Shown here in pieces: positions 39,767 to 53,520 of a stretch of DNA of 64,000 nucleotides. The DNA lies in assembly GCA_024679065.1 (NCBI GenBank), contig JAGIQG010000002.1, forward strand, positions 36,580,001 to 36,644,000, written 5' to 3'. Below the pieces are notes generated by a model. The model ran no database searches and had not been told where the DNA came from. It saw nothing but the letters and a program-made list of their open reading frames with translations. Positions within the stretch are counted from its first letter, which is position 1. Every line of letters begins with the position of its first letter. The DNA comes from Sphyrna mokarran (lineage: Eukaryota). A program made the position numbers and the translations under genes.

Positions 39767-41110
39767 GAAGCAGTACGGTCTTTTGGAGTGATGAACACTG
39801 TTGAGACTGTTGTCACAGAGGACTCCATTATAAAGAACGGCAATTATGAAGGCAATTTGAGGGTCACTGTTTCTCCAGCTGAGAATGAAAGTGATTCAGA
39901 AAGCAGATTGAATGGATATCATCAGATTGAGGCCACACCTCTTAACAATGTATTGGCAAAGGGCCTTGTCAAAAAATGCCTTTACAAAAATGTGAGGCAG
40001 GAAGAAGAGCATTTTACTTTGCCTACAGCTGAAGTGACCAAAGATTCAGTGCACAGACTTCATAAACCTAGCCCTTCACCTCCTTGGGGAACCACAGTAA
40101 TAGAAAATTCTGTGAATTTTAGCCAAGATCTATGTCACACGATACCAGAAGGGATGATTCTGTCTGAAAATATCCACATCACAGACTCTTTAAAGGGTTC
40201 TTTGCCTAATGCTGCCCAAGAATATCATGAGAGTGGATTTCAAGAGAGAGGTCAAAATCAGCAAAACAGAGCGAAGAGAACCTTTGATCAGGTGGATAGC
40301 AGCCCATTTTCAGCCTGCTCCCGCAGGAAGAAATCTAATTTTGAGTATAAACGTGGATGTGAAATACCAGAATTTCAGCCAGTTGCTAGCACTGGTTTAA
40401 CCAGGGAAATACAGGCACTGGAATTGAGTTCTGCAATAATAAACGGCAAATGTTCTGATGTGACTAGTGGGGACTTGGAAAACACTAGTATTTCAGAAAG
40501 AATACCTGACAGTATACCTGTCACTTGCTTAGCCAAAAATTTGTTGAGTGAACTGGATGAGCAATGTGAAAAGGAGGACTGTAAAGATGACTTTAATTGC
40601 AGCTTTCATACTGATGAGAATGACAGGAGTCTGAAGAGAAATTTGAGCCTGTATTCAGCCTCTTCAACTCAGGATGCATCTTTCATAGATCATTTTGAAA
40701 AAGCACTTGATGCAAGTACCAAAGACACTTCATTTGAAGAGTTCACAACTAAAGACAAAGTAACCCCACAGTCTTCTGTTTTGCATAAAACACTTGCTTT
40801 TCCTCCGTGTACTGCTCCAAAGCATCAGAATGCAAGTGATGATAGTAAGCAGTACATCACCCACTCAGTAGAAATCAATTACGATCAGCCATCGTTCTCA
40901 AGCAATCCTTTGACTACATACCAAAAGAAGCCTATTGTAGGATTCCGAAGTTATTGCAGTCCGATATACGAATCTGATTTGTCCATGCAATCCAGGATGA
41001 GTATAGATTCTGTCGAGAAAATGGATAATTCCCTTTGCACTGGGAGCTACCCACAGGCTATGACACCTCTGCCAAGAGTCCAACTTTACAGGCTAACTGG
41101 ATCATTTCAA
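39767..41110 (+). CDS. MASTL: MASTL coding exon 8 (large exon, non-conserved middle region)
   Basis: ctgcag|GAA...CAA|gtaagt; 1344 nt open. Contains the Greatwall islands KRTFDQVDSSP, STGLT, AKNLLSELD, VGFRSYCS and AMTP. Confidence 0.93.
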
Positions 41111-42129
41111 GTAAGTTTTTTTTGGCATTGCTACGTGAGCTCTGAAAACCTTGTTTAAAAGAATGCAAACAGTACAAATCATTTTTTAAAAAAGAAATTA
41201 TATTTTAAAACTGGTTTCATAACTTCTCCCATATTCTGTCACGTTGATGCAGAGAAAAACGAGCCTGGAATTCTGATTACACAGGCCAGCTGGACTATGC
41301 TCCACATCTATTCCTCTGTTAGCATATTAGACCAAATGCCTCTTGAGATGATAATAAAATCATCTATCAGCTCCATTTAAGGGTTTGAAGCCCAGATTGC
41401 TTGTTTTTTCAGCTTTTAAAGGCAGTGGTGCTTGGAATAAATAAAAGACACTCTGCACCACCACACAATGGAAATAAAAAGACATTTCTTCCACTTAACA
41501 GATGCACGCACACACACCACTAATTTCATAAATACAACATGCAGGTATTGAGACCTGAAAATGTTCTTTACTGAAATTGCAAACTTAATAATTTATCTGG
41601 ACATGAGCTATAAAATATATAAAAGCACACATAACAGAACTTTCTTTGCAGCGGAAATCATGGCAGGCAGAAATATACTTGATTTGACATAAGGCAAATC
41701 CGTTTCCCAAAAGTGGGATAAACTATTGGAATTTATTCTCTTGACTATTGGGGTAGATTAAAAGCAAATCGAGCTTCTCAACAAACCATATTGGAAGCTT
41801 TGTTTGTATTAATGTGCTGTGAGTGCTCATTAAAAGGCCACCTTAGAATTATTTTTTCCCCTTCCAAATTTAAGTTTCTTGTCAGTGGGTAATTAGAATG
41901 TTCAGTTTGTGGAGAGCCCCACTTCATTCATGGCTTTGAGGTCAGCACGTGCTGCTTTTGCCTTCCTGTTGGCTGCTCACTCTTTTGTATTGGGTGCCGT
42001 AACACAAGTTGCTCTAAGGCTGGGCACAAGAAGTACTTATCTATTTATGAAGTTTTCTGCTACAATGTGTATTTTGACCAATGAAAGTAAGCTTGGAGTT
42101 CTCACAGTTCCACATGCTACAAAATTGGC

Positions 42130-42535
42130 CTTATTGGCAGCCTCACTGTGCAAGCTTGATCATGAAATAGGGCACATTAAAGCCATCCTGCAGGACAATG
42201 ACTACCATAATGAAATCATTGTTTACTGTATATGATGCAATTCTTGAATTGGCATAGGCTGCCACTTTAGGCCTGGAAAAGTGTCCAGCTGACCTCATTA
42301 CTCTGAGTATGAGGTGTCTCATTTGAGCAATAGTTGAAGGTAGCTGTTACCGTTCGTGTTGCTGATGCATAATATTTTCCATTAACAGGATCAAGTTGAA
42401 AAGATGTTTTGCCTGTACTCAAATGAATAATGTCATATATGAATTTCAGTGCCAGTATAATGCCAGCTTATGAAGGCCATACATCCCAACAGCTGGCTGT
42501 ATTAAACAGCACATCCCTCCACCTGATGATAGATG
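42130..42535 (+). mobile_element. Decayed Penelope-like RT thumb/GIY-YIG fragment
   Basis: LDHEIGHIKAILQDNDY and NNVIYEFQCQ motifs. Confidence 0.55.
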
Positions 42536-42619
42536 GCTGCTATAGAAGCTCAATGCACTCTTTTCTCCCACACCCTTAGCAACTTTAATTAGAATAGTGA
42601 TTTCACCTAATGACACCCT

Positions 42620-44889
42620 CAAGACTGTGTACAAAGCACATTATCAGTGCTTTGAACACCTACTTGCCAAGTATGCACTCTGTGTACTGCTCCCAAAGGA
42701 GCCTTGCCAAGCAGATCACTTTTTATGACATGACCAAATGAATGGAGCAGCAGCGTAAGAATGCCCTATGCTCCTTGCAATTGCTTCTCAATGCAGATAA
42801 ATGAAGTAATATGCTTTTAAGGGCATTCAAATGATCGTTGGATAGACATACGGATAATATTGGAATAGTTTAGGTTAGAGGGTCATTAGATTGGTTTCAC
42901 TGGTCAGCGCAACATCAAGGGCCAAAGACCCTGTATTGCGCTGTAATGTTCTATGTTCTATGCTTTTGCAGCCTGATTTCTATTCACATGTCATAACCAT
43001 TGACATCTTTATCATGCATTGAAGTCTCCAGGTTTCTTTGTAGTGTCTTCAATTAAGTGTTTTGCCTGCAGTGAGTTGCTGAGGTCCAATCACTCAGGAC
43101 CCTTCAAGGGTCGACCCTAAATTCTTTTTCCTGGATGGTCTTTGCATTAGGGCAAGATCCTGAGCAATAAATTTGAACACACACAAGCCAAGATGGAAGT
43201 GCATTGATCCTTCCAAAGTGGAGGTGGACTGAAAAAGAGGCATTGCTGGACTGTCCTGGATAGATGGCCTGAGAATGATTGGCTACCCTCAATGAATACC
43301 TGGAGGGAAGTTGAGCTGCCCCGTCGTCTTGTCTAGCCACTGCTGCACTGCATCCATTGGCTAGAGAGAGTGCAAGCTCAAGTGCACATCTGGCAGAAAC
43401 TGCGCATTCTGCTAGACCTGGGCAAGGTGGCTGCCAACCTTATCATGGAGACAGCCAAGTGCTCACATACCAAAGCCACGTCAGTAGACAAGGTGGATGG
43501 ATTCCTCCATTTTTTTGGTCCAGTCAAGAGACGATCTCTCACAACTCTGCTAGATATTCCCCTGCCTGTCTCTTCCAACCTTGTTATGATGTCTTTTGGG
43601 GTGGAGTCTAGAAGTTTATAATCTGAATTGGGTTCCACTGAGAGCCTGGTCTCCAGCAGCTCTCCCAAGCCTCAGGAACTATTATTGTCACTGCTACTGC
43701 CAGCTATTGAACAATGTCTGACTTTTCTCACTAGCTTGTAAATATAAGCCTGTTTCACAATGAAAGCCCACTAAGTTGCATGCATCTGCATTGGTTGACA
43801 GTGGTTCTGCTGAGGATACTGAGGCTTACTTCTTGGAAATGGCTGAGATGCTGGATCTGCAGCATGTCCTAGTAGATGTCATGTCCTGTCCTTTTTGCAG
43901 ATACTTGGAATAGAGATAAGAGATTTAGTGATTGACTAAGCAGGCTTGTGGATTAACGATCACTCTCATTGCACATATTATAAAGCTGGAGACTGGAAGA
44001 TTTCTAATTTTGGGTGCTTGGAGAATGTGGTCTCTCCTGCACAGGCAAAGTTGTGTTTCTCACTGGGAAGCACAACTCTGAGGGGCAAAGTTCTGCCTTT
44101 CCTTCTGGTCTTGGCCCATCCATCGTATTATGTGCAATTTTGTCCTGCAGAAAGACAGACAATTATTGATTGTGAGACTATTGAGTGAATAAGCGTTTCA
44201 GAATATGCCTGCCTGTTGTCACTGCTGAGCCCTCCCCAGCAAGCGATTAAGAAGCTGCTTGGAATTACTAAGAGATGGTAGCTGGCCCAGATTCTGTGCT
44301 GATGTCTCATTTGCCGATTTGTGTGTGATTATCCTCATGCACTCTAACACAGACTGCCTTATGCCCTAAAGGGGAGTGCAAGTTTGAATGAATAGAAGGT
44401 GTAATTACCCTAGTGGAGCAGATCATTCATCCTTTTTCAGAGTAGATTGGTTTTTTGACTCCATGAGTGCTTATCAGCTCATTGATCTCCTTCCAGGCCA
44501 TTGTGGTCAGATGGGAAGTACTCCTGCTCCCATTCCAAGATGATAATTCCTGGATAACTTGGAGGAAAATCTCCCAGTGTGGTACCACTAAGCCACAGGA
44601 TAGAAGTTGTTTTGTTTTGGACATTTTGCTTTAAGCGCAATCCAGAACTTCTGGCCTATAGTGAGTAGATGGCTGTCCATTACCCTTTTAAAAATAGCAT
44701 CAAAACCTTTGACCTTTGAGGTAATGGTGTTCATTCCGCTATGAGATTCACAATGCTCTGAGATGCATCTATAATGAGCTGAACAGCAGACAGTCGGCAT
44801 GTGTTCAGCTATCCCACTGTCCAGCAGGAATTATTCTTTGCTTCCCCGCCAGCCACCAAACTTTGAATTCAGAGCTGAAGATTCTGCCC
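42620..44889 (-). mobile_element. Decayed PIF/Harbinger element with a Myb/SANT-like ORF remnant
   Basis: Minus strand reads AWKEINELIS...(frameshift)KRMNDLL at about 44415-44505. TIR-like GGGCAGAATCTT ends at 44889. Left end not defined. Confidence 0.45.
42819..42958 (+). mobile_element. Very short CR1 3' end
   Basis: 3' UTR plus (TTCTATG)2, with TATGCTTTT duplicated at 42810-42818 and 42959-42967. Confidence 0.8.
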
Positions 44890-47692
44890 ATGAAATCTGT
44901 ACTTGTGTCATTGTTCATTTTTATATCTGTCGTGTTTGTTTACTTGCGACTATATAGTACATGTTATGATAGTGAATTTTGCCTTAGTCCTGGGAACTGT
45001 CATTTAAGAAAATTGTTCATTATGTAAAAGGAAACCTGGTCACATTTCACTTTGTAAAGAATCATTTTGTCACAGTGAAACACATGAAGATTTAAAAAAT
45101 AAACTTATAGTGAGAATCTAAACTGAATTCTAAAAATGCATAACAGAATAGTTTAATATTTTGAATAGTCCCTTGCCAAAAGATGCAGTATTAAATGGTG
45201 CGCCATATCATTGGTAAGGTTTTAAAATTTGTTAATCAGATAACAACATATTTCTTCTCCTCATTCTTTTTCCACTGTTTGTCCTTACTTATACTGAAAG
45301 CATTGTCACTTTACCATGGTACAGTTATACAAAGCTGGGCATTTCCGGTACCGCTTCTAAGCAGTCATTCTTCACATGATACATATCAGCAGTCTGTGGA
45401 TGGGGTGAGGGGAAAGGTTAACTTTTATTACAGCTACTTATTTCTCTTATGTGACATCTGCACCAATAAAGATCAATGACAGAACTAACTGAATTGATAT
45501 ATTTTTTCTTTTATCGAAGTACATTAGCTATTGCCCTGAGATCTGCTAACTTCTGCGACAGATTTTGTGATTTTTGGAGTATCTGCTTTGTACCACTAAG
45601 CAGCTTTAATTGACCATGCAAATATTACACCACCATGTAGTGGAGACAGCCAGTATTGCTGCAGAATTTCACATCACTTATGGATCATCTGTGAAGTATT
45701 TTGTCCTTTCGCCATTGGAATTTGATAGTAAAAGAGACCTATTTATTTTCTGGATTTCTGACATTCTACTCATTACATTCTTCCTCCTCTCCACCCCAAC
45801 CCTGGTCAGAACTCATTTCCTTAACTACTGTTTCTTTTTTGCTTCTTTCCTAATGTTTTCCTATCTGGACTCTTAAGAGGCCTTTGATATGGTATTTTAA
45901 GGGCATTCTGGGAGTCTAGACATACATACAAACATATTTATTCGGAATGGGAGTAGGCCCGTCAGCCCCTTAAACCATAAGATCGTGGTTGATTTGATTG
46001 TAATCTCCACTTCCTTGTTAATTAAGGATCTATCTGCTCTGCCTTAAACATATCAATGATAGTGCTTCCATTGACTTTTGAGGAAGTTTCAAAAGTCTTC
46101 TACCCTCGGAGAAAAAAATTCTCCTTGTCTCTGTCTTAAATAGGCGATCCTTGTTTTTCAGTAGTGACCCCTAGTTCTAGATACTCCCAAAAGAGAAGAC
46201 ATCATTTCTACATGTTGGCTTTCAAGATCCCTCAGAATCTTGAATGTTTGAATCAAGTATACTTATGATAAACATATATTAGGGCACTCTTTTCAAATGG
46301 ATGTTACTCACTTCCTCATTAAAGACAAGGAGACTGGTCAGGCAGGATTTATACTTCTGAAAATATTTACAATCACTTATTAGGACTTCTTAACCTTCTA
46401 AATGTGCCCCTCATCTGAAGGGCAGTGCTCCAAAAGCTCATGCTACTAAATAAACCTATTGGACTTTAACCTGGTGTTATGAGACTTCTTATTGCAACTT
46501 CCTAAAGACTAATTCCATTATTTTGTCAGTTGTTGACCTAAAATTAATACATATGCCTATACTGAGTTGATAGCAATAACTTGCTTCTAATCCAGTGGAC
46601 CTCCCTTTATATTTACAGATGGCTTCTTCTATCTGTCAGCACCTGTGGTCTCACTTAACATCTTTGGTATTTATTGACTTTGAACACCTTTTTAAAGGCA
46701 CGTTCAAGGCATGACCTCAAGTGACCTCAAAAGCCAAAATTGCTAACTAAGATGGCTTGCGTGTTTCAGTGCTCCCTCTAGTTACTACTCCAGGAAATAA
46801 TAATTTTTAATGTACATTGAAACTTGCAAATTATGGACTCTTGGACCATCTTTTACTTGCAAGTGTCCTTATTTTTAAAACCTAATACATGCACTAAACA
46901 TTGTCAATACAATGGGAAATTATTTACTGACGTAGAGCAGAGGTATTTCTGTCAATGGGATTGAATCCTACAAGCATACAATTGTCAGTGCTGACTTGCA
47001 TGTCCCATGTTTTAAGTTGGATTAGGGCTTGGCGCATTGAAGATAATGAATCATAATTTGCGAGCATCTATGATTTCGGATTACCTCTGAAATATTTTAC
47101 TATGCAAGTCATTTGGGTTCTTGAAGTGTCGATTTGTTCAGGTTTCCTGTGTTACCTTTTTTTTTGTTTTTCAATTTGGGATCTCAGTTACTTGGAAACC
47201 CTTTCTCTGTTGTAATACTGAAAGACTTCCATGGGCCATTACATCTAGTTTCACCAGTTACGCTCATTTCTGATGTTCTGTTGATTCTGCTATAATTTTT
47301 TTTGGATATTCTTGTATATATTTTTAAATCTTCAAATGTATTATCAATCATTTTCATGCTGTTTCTTTATTTCATATTTACTGATTCTTAGTACTTGCAT
47401 ATCCTGTGGATTTGTCATAATATCCTATGTGTTCCATTACTCAGTGTTGTGGGTTTCTATCGCCACCCCTCAGTTAATTTTATTTAAATCATCTCCTTAT
47501 CTTTATATAAACTTGAACCTTTTTAAAGTTGTATGTAGTTCTGGAATATTATGTAATTTTATACAGTTCATTTATCCCTGACCTGTCATATTTTAATCAT
47601 TTATAGTTGCTGCCAGGGTATAATGATTTCTGTTGCTAGTTTTCTACCTGTTTATCTAGTCATTACCAGGTGAAAATGCAATTTACTTCTAA

Positions 47693-48185
47693 TATAAGAA
47701 CATAAGAAATAGCAGCAGGAGTAGGCCATCTAGCCTTCTGTGCCTGCCCCGCCATTCAATAAGATCATGGCTGATCCGAAGTGAATTAATTCCACTTTCC
47801 AGCTTTCTCCCCATAATCCTTAATTCCCTTTTATACCAGAAATTTATCCACCCGTGACTTAAATATATTCAATGAGATAGCCTCCACCACTTCAATGGGC
47901 AGAGAATTCCAGAGATTCACCACCCTTTGAGTGAAGAAGTTCCTCCTCAACTCTGTTCTAAACTGTGACCACCCCCCCCCCCCCCCCCCTATTTTGAAGC
48001 TCTGCCCTCTAGCTCGGCTATCCTTTCTCAGTGGGAAAAATGTCTCTACCTCTACTCTATCTAGCCTCTTCACTATGTTGTAAAACTCTAAGATCCCCCT
48101 CAGTCTTCTAAACTCTAACGAGTACAGAGCCAGTCTATTTAATCTGTCTTCATAAGCTAACCCGCTCATCTCCGGTATCAGCCGT
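47693..48185 (-). mobile_element. CR1 3' fragment
   Basis: LYSLEFRRLRG...NFFTQRVVNLWNSLP with a (TTCTTATG)-type tail and an internal homopolymer run. Confidence 0.85.
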
Positions 48186-48924
48186 GATATCCAGTATCTA
48201 TTCTGTTCTGATGGTATCCCAAGCAATCTTGCACTATTTTCATTAGCTTAAATTGCAAAATACTTCTGCATTCTTGTTTTATTATATTGGCTTTTTTGTT
48301 TGTAGTATCTTCCTTAGCACTTTGTACAGCATTCCTCTTTTTAATTAATAGAACAAAGAGCAACACAGCACGGGAACCTAATGGTAGTAGATACTTTGGA
48401 ATCTACCTTTTGTTCTCTTGGCACTTCTATGTCCAGCCAGGCTTGTATTTTCTACTCCCTTGCATTCACAGATTTCATACCTCATAGATCTACTCCACCT
48501 GCTAGTTTCTTTGGCTACTTCCTAAATACTCTAAATCTGGTATTTATCTTTACATTCGTAACTGCAACCTAACTGTGTTTCTGAAATACTTCAAAAGGGC
48601 TGTGCTGGTCTTGAGTTTCATCACCTTGTTGCAATTGAATCTGAATGTTAGGAGCAATTGTCTAAGAGCCTATCAATTTACTTTTTTTGGCTTGTTTTAT
48701 TTTCTCTCTGCTCAATAATTGCCTCTGTATTACCATCTTATTTACACTGTTTGAGAAAAAGAGACTGGTCAGCAGTCAGTCAGGTTTCAAATGTACACAG
48801 AACAATAAAAGCATTTGGTTGGGAAAAAAAACCTAGCTTTCAGCATTTTTTTTGTTTTGCTGACCTTTGTAGTTTTTTATCTAGTTTAAATCCTTCCACA
48901 ATGCCCTATTCATTTATCCACAAG

Positions 48925-49165
48925 ATGGCACAGTGTCTATCACTGCTGCCTCATAGCTCCAGGAACCTAAGTTCAATTTCTGCCTTGGGTGACTCTGTTT
49001 GTGGAGTTTGCATGTTCTCCCAATGTCTTCATAGGTTTCCTTCAGGTGCTCAAGTCTTCTCCCACAGTCCAAAGATGTGTGAGTAGATTGATTGGCCATG
49101 CTCAATTGACCCTAGTATCAAGGGGAGTAGAAGAGTAAATGCATAGGGTTACGACAATAGGGCAC
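48925..49165 (+). mobile_element. V-SINE
   Basis: TGGCACAGTG...CACTGCTGCCTCATAGC head and V core. Confidence 0.75.
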
Positions 49166-49959
49166 TAAGAATTTTAGAATCCCAAGTAATTTTAGTTGAA
49201 GCCCATCTCATCTGAACAGTTTTCCTCTGCCACTGCAGAAATCGTTCCAAAGTCCTCAATGTTCAAAATCCCCTGCCTGTCACTTTTTCTCCTCCTTTTA
49301 ACTTTGTGTTCCCAGCATTTGAGGATTGTTCCCCTAATTGTTTACTCTTCATAAAATTAGTAATATAAAAGAAGCTACTTAATAAAAACAGCTACTACTG
49401 TTTCTCACTTGCTGTGCAGGACTCAAAAAGCTATATTCTGTTCTCAAATTGAATAGGAATTTTGTTTAATAACCCTGGGAAGAGTTAATTGATTCTCATT
49501 GTCATCTCCAATGCCTACCTTCGAATAATTCAAACCATCATCTGATCTGGAGCTCCACTTACACTTTTTAAATCTAGATGAATTTACCTTTTTTAAAACA
49601 CATTCTTAAAACTTTTTTGTGAAGTAATTCTGAAAGTTTATAGCAACTTTCTACATCATCTTGCAAGCCATGGTTTATGTATTTAGTTGTTGCTGGTAGA
49701 ATGGGCCAGCATGTTGCTAAGGTTTTGCATTTCTATTTAGAAGCTTCTTCTGTAAAACCTCCATCCTATTCTTTGCTAAGCTACCAGGTGAACCACAGCT
49801 TAGAAAACCAAAAGCAGCATTAAGTCTGATTTGCATAAATGTATTTTTTCTTCTTGTGTTCTATATTTCTATTTATAAAATAATAAAAGCTATTAGCCTT
49901 TCTGGCTATATTTCCCTCCAATTGTATTTTCAGGAAATTGTGATTCAAAAATTCATAAT

Positions 49960-51600
49960 GTTTCTCCAAACTCCTTGAAGAAAAAGCTACTGCTTTGCTA
50001 TTCTGGGTACAGACTGCACCAAGTTCATGCTGAAAAGCATCTGCTGATATAAGTATGAGTGCTTGATCATTGAAGTACTGTTGTATGAGTGGGGCTGTGA
50101 GTGCTTGTTTGAGTCTGTTGAAAACCGCTCTGTGGTGTTTTACCTGCACCACTTGACATTCTGGTGGAGAAGTAGAGGTTCAGAGACCTCACTATAACAC
50201 AGGATGAACTTAGTATGACAAATTATCTTATTAAGAAAATGCTATAAAGCGAGGTTATCCATGGGAATAGCCATCTGTCATTTAGCCATTGTCCAATCTA
50301 GATTGGACTTGGCATCATCATCTCTGAGTAAGTGCCTCATGTAAGGCACCTGGTTGACCCTGATTCTGCACTTTGCAAGGTTCAGCTTTAGATGGATGAT
50401 CCTGACTCTTTCAAGGAAAAAACAAAGACATGCATTTGTTCTTGCATAGTAAGACTCCAAACCAGAATGGCATGAGCAATGCTCCCTCAAGATTGGCCTG
50501 CAAAGAGTGGCTCCAGGCACTGCTGGAAGACTTTGCTGCTAGTGGAGTCCCATAGGGCATGTGAAAAAACTGATATCTGTCCATTAGAAACATGAATGTG
50601 CTTAATTTTGAGGATTCTTTATCTAGTGGGATCTGCTAGGTTCATGTAGTCTGATCAGCACTTTGTTCATATGCGCTGGGTCAATGAATATCCTGACTGT
50701 GCCATCTTTCTTTACTGTGACATCTTTGCTGAAACCTAATCCATAGCCGCCTCTATAGGAGTTATGTCATTTCATGCATTATCTGATGCAGCTCATCAAT
50801 AGCTTTCTGCTTCATGGCTATTGGTACTCAGAACACAGATTGATGATGATACCAAATCATCTCGTCTCATACAACTGGTAGCTTGCCACTTATGTTACAA
50901 TTGCAGAGGTTTTTCTGTGATGTCATCTTTTGAATTTGTAGAGTATGCACTTCTGAGCCAAGTTGAATGAACCCAATTGGAGGCTTTATGTTCTGGACAA
51001 TGATATGGAACTTGGCATTTCCCTCTGTGCAGTTGAAGTATTGCTATGCCTTCAGTGTGGATTGTCTCTTGGCCAAAAGCCACAATGTGCATTTGGGTGC
51101 TGGATTCGGGTCCACTTCCTGTAACCTTTGGCTGTAACCATTATCCCTTGCTCGAATATCAATCTTGACTTTTAAGTCTGAATGGTGAAGATCTGTTTTT
51201 TTGTAAGGTTGTCAACACACTGTCACAGGAGTGCTTTTGCAAGTTCTGTAGCTCCACTGTTTTTGGTTGCACTCCAAGATGTTCACCTAATTGACTTTCC
51301 TACTGCTGGAGGATCATGTTGCTACCACGTGTGACAGCAGACAAGGGCTGCTATGCTTTGGATCTGCAGCATTTAGTAAAGTGTTTCCATTTCTTGCTTT
51401 TTATACCATTTGCAAAAATGATCTGTTTTTTGGAGGGTGTTAGTCAATGTTATTGAAGCAGGTGCTTGGACTGGAATTACCTCAGTTTCCTGCTAAAATC
51501 TCTGCTTTGTTTTCAGATTGTTTGTTTAACATACAGGTATTGATTGCTGCTAGTCCTGTTAAAAGACAGTGATCATGTTAGATTTTGTTGACTCGTTTGC
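49960..51600 (-). mobile_element. Ty3/Gypsy LTR retrotransposon internal relic
   Basis: Gag knuckle remnant (KKWKHFTKCC, about 51370-51400), RT VKKDGTVRIFIDP and RYQFFHMPYG, LKLNLAKC, and RNase H SADAFQHELGAV...VAFSSRSL. No LTRs recognised. Confidence 0.75.
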
Positions 51601-51624
51601 TTTTTATTTGTGGAAACGAATGTA

Positions 51625-51871
51625 TAGTAGGTTCGAGAACTTCAAGTTCTTGGGTGAACAGATCACCAATAACCTGTTCTGGTTTCCCCACCCACTCTCA
51701 TGCTGCCACAATAATTAAGAAAGCCCACCAACACCTCTAATTTCTCAGAGGATTAAGGAAATTTGGCATGTCAGTTATGACTCTCACCAACTTGTACAGG
51801 TGCACCATAGAAAGCATTCTTCCTGGTTGTATCACAGCTTGGTATGGTTCATGCTATGCCCGAGATGCAAG
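51625..51871 (+). mobile_element. Rex1/Babar LINE 3' fragment, left part
   Basis: FKFLG...KKAHQHLxFLRGLRKFGMS...LYRCTIESILPGCITAWYG. Confidence 0.8.
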
Positions 51872-52488
51872 TGTTGTAGGTAAAGATACTTCTGAAACTA
51901 ATTGTGAATCAAAGTACAGCAAGTATTTTCAAAAGCTTCTAGGAGGTACATCTGGTACCCAACAGCAGTTCCCCAGGCGTCTCCCTGAACACAAATTAAG
52001 AGTGTGTAAATATGTTTCCCAGTTACGTGTGCATCTTCTCGGTCTCAGCAATTTCCCAGGCTGTGGGTTGTCCTCCATCGTGGAAACATGACCATCTTGG
52101 CATTTCTTCATGATTATCTCAGGGCCGCAATAGATGTGTGTGATTAGCCCTTAGCTAACATACAGGCCAACAAGACAAATTAAAATTAATGGGATAATAT
52201 GCTTATAGATGACAAGCAATACATAACAAGTATATATTTAGGACACACAAGCTTCAGTATGTTAGGCAAAAGTCCACAAACATAAATACAAACTGGGTCA
52301 GCTACACTTCTGAATGGACAATCATAAGCTTGTGTACAACAGCAAGAACAGCTACAGCCTCTCTGGGCATACGAAAACAAATTTTGCATCTATCTGAGGT
52401 ACATGAAAACAAGCTACGTGTAAGTTGCATATTTTTTTTTTTTATTCTCCCAAGTATTACAAAGTTCATTCACCCATTCGCTACTACA
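51872..52488 (-). repeat. 3' LTR (617 bp)
   Basis: TG...CA termini; diverged direct repeat of 56951-57637. Confidence 0.9.
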
Positions 52489-52549
52489 CTCTCCCCTGTT
52501 GATCACGGGCCATTCAGACATGGCCCCATGACCAATGTAGAACCAATTA

Positions 52550-53520
52550 TTACTGGCATAAGGGCCTAACTCCTTTGTGAAGCGATCCCTGTATACTTAT
52601 GCCCAATATGACTTGGGCTGTTAGTGTTTTACAATAGATGTTGAATAATGTCATACAAACAAAGTAAGCAATAACAATTACAATTAATCCATGTATCAGG
52701 TAGGAACCCCACGATCCAAACCATTGCCCCAGCCAGCCTGGAGGGTTATTATGATCTTCATTCCCTTCATCTTGTATTGTCTTTGCTACTTGTTTGATAT
52801 GATCTGCCAAGTGAGTTGTGTTCTCTGAAGCATCTGGAATATACATACGATATTTGGAGCTAACTATAGCACATGTTCCTCCTTGGGAGGCTAGCACATA
52901 AACAAAAGCCAATCGGTTCTATAAGACAACGGTCTGGAGAGCTACAACATCCACTGATATCTGAGATGGCTGTACTTACCTCCTTGAACCCATCTTGAGT
53001 CTCATTCTCTCTAGGGTTGAGCCCATAAGTATAAGTTCTTCGCTGCCTTTGCTATCCTGTAGAATGGGTATGCTAGCCTGAGGAATTGCTCTGTTCCACT
53101 AATGGCTCACTTGATCTTGAGCAAGTGTATCTTGGGATGGTTTCGTAAGTCGGAGATAACATGATTCTGAGCAGTCGCACGAAAGCCAAGGATAGGTATT
53201 GTTTCCACAGACAAAATAGGTGCCATTATAGCTAGGCTGGAAATAGGGCCAAGGTCGTAAGAAACAGCAGGAGAATCATTGTATCACTTAATTATAATCC
53301 ACTGTTATACAATGGTCCAAAGGTCTGCACGCAACCTCCTGTGAACCCAGTCGCCCGCGCTGACACGCAATTTCACATGAACCCAAATCTTTCACGCACA
53401 ACATCCCACTTGGAGGTCAGTTGACACTGTGAATTGAGCACATTACATATTGTCAATTGGTGCTGGCATACTTTATCAATTGAGTCCAGTGTTTCCAGAC
53501 TCTTCTGCCTTGCAGATCTA
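52550..53520 (-). pseudogene. Retroviral env remnant with gamma-type TM
   Basis: GTYFVCGNNTYPW (SU), LQTVVL*NRLAFVYVLASQGGTCA (immunosuppressive domain), decayed CX6CC...YIPD, WLGQWFGSW and a hydrophobic anchor. Confidence 0.8.

Noticed and set aside
47969-47989. Poly-C run as a functional G-quadruplex element
   Set aside because: Homopolymer expansion inside a dead CR1; run length is also prone to sequencing error.
41909-49105. Short hydrophobic ORFs in intron 8
   Set aside because: Low-complexity T-rich or repeat-derived frames without splice signals or recognisable domains.
52550-52912. Domesticated syncytin-like env
   Set aside because: Stop inside the immunosuppressive domain, lost cysteines in CX6CC, and a disrupted SU region.
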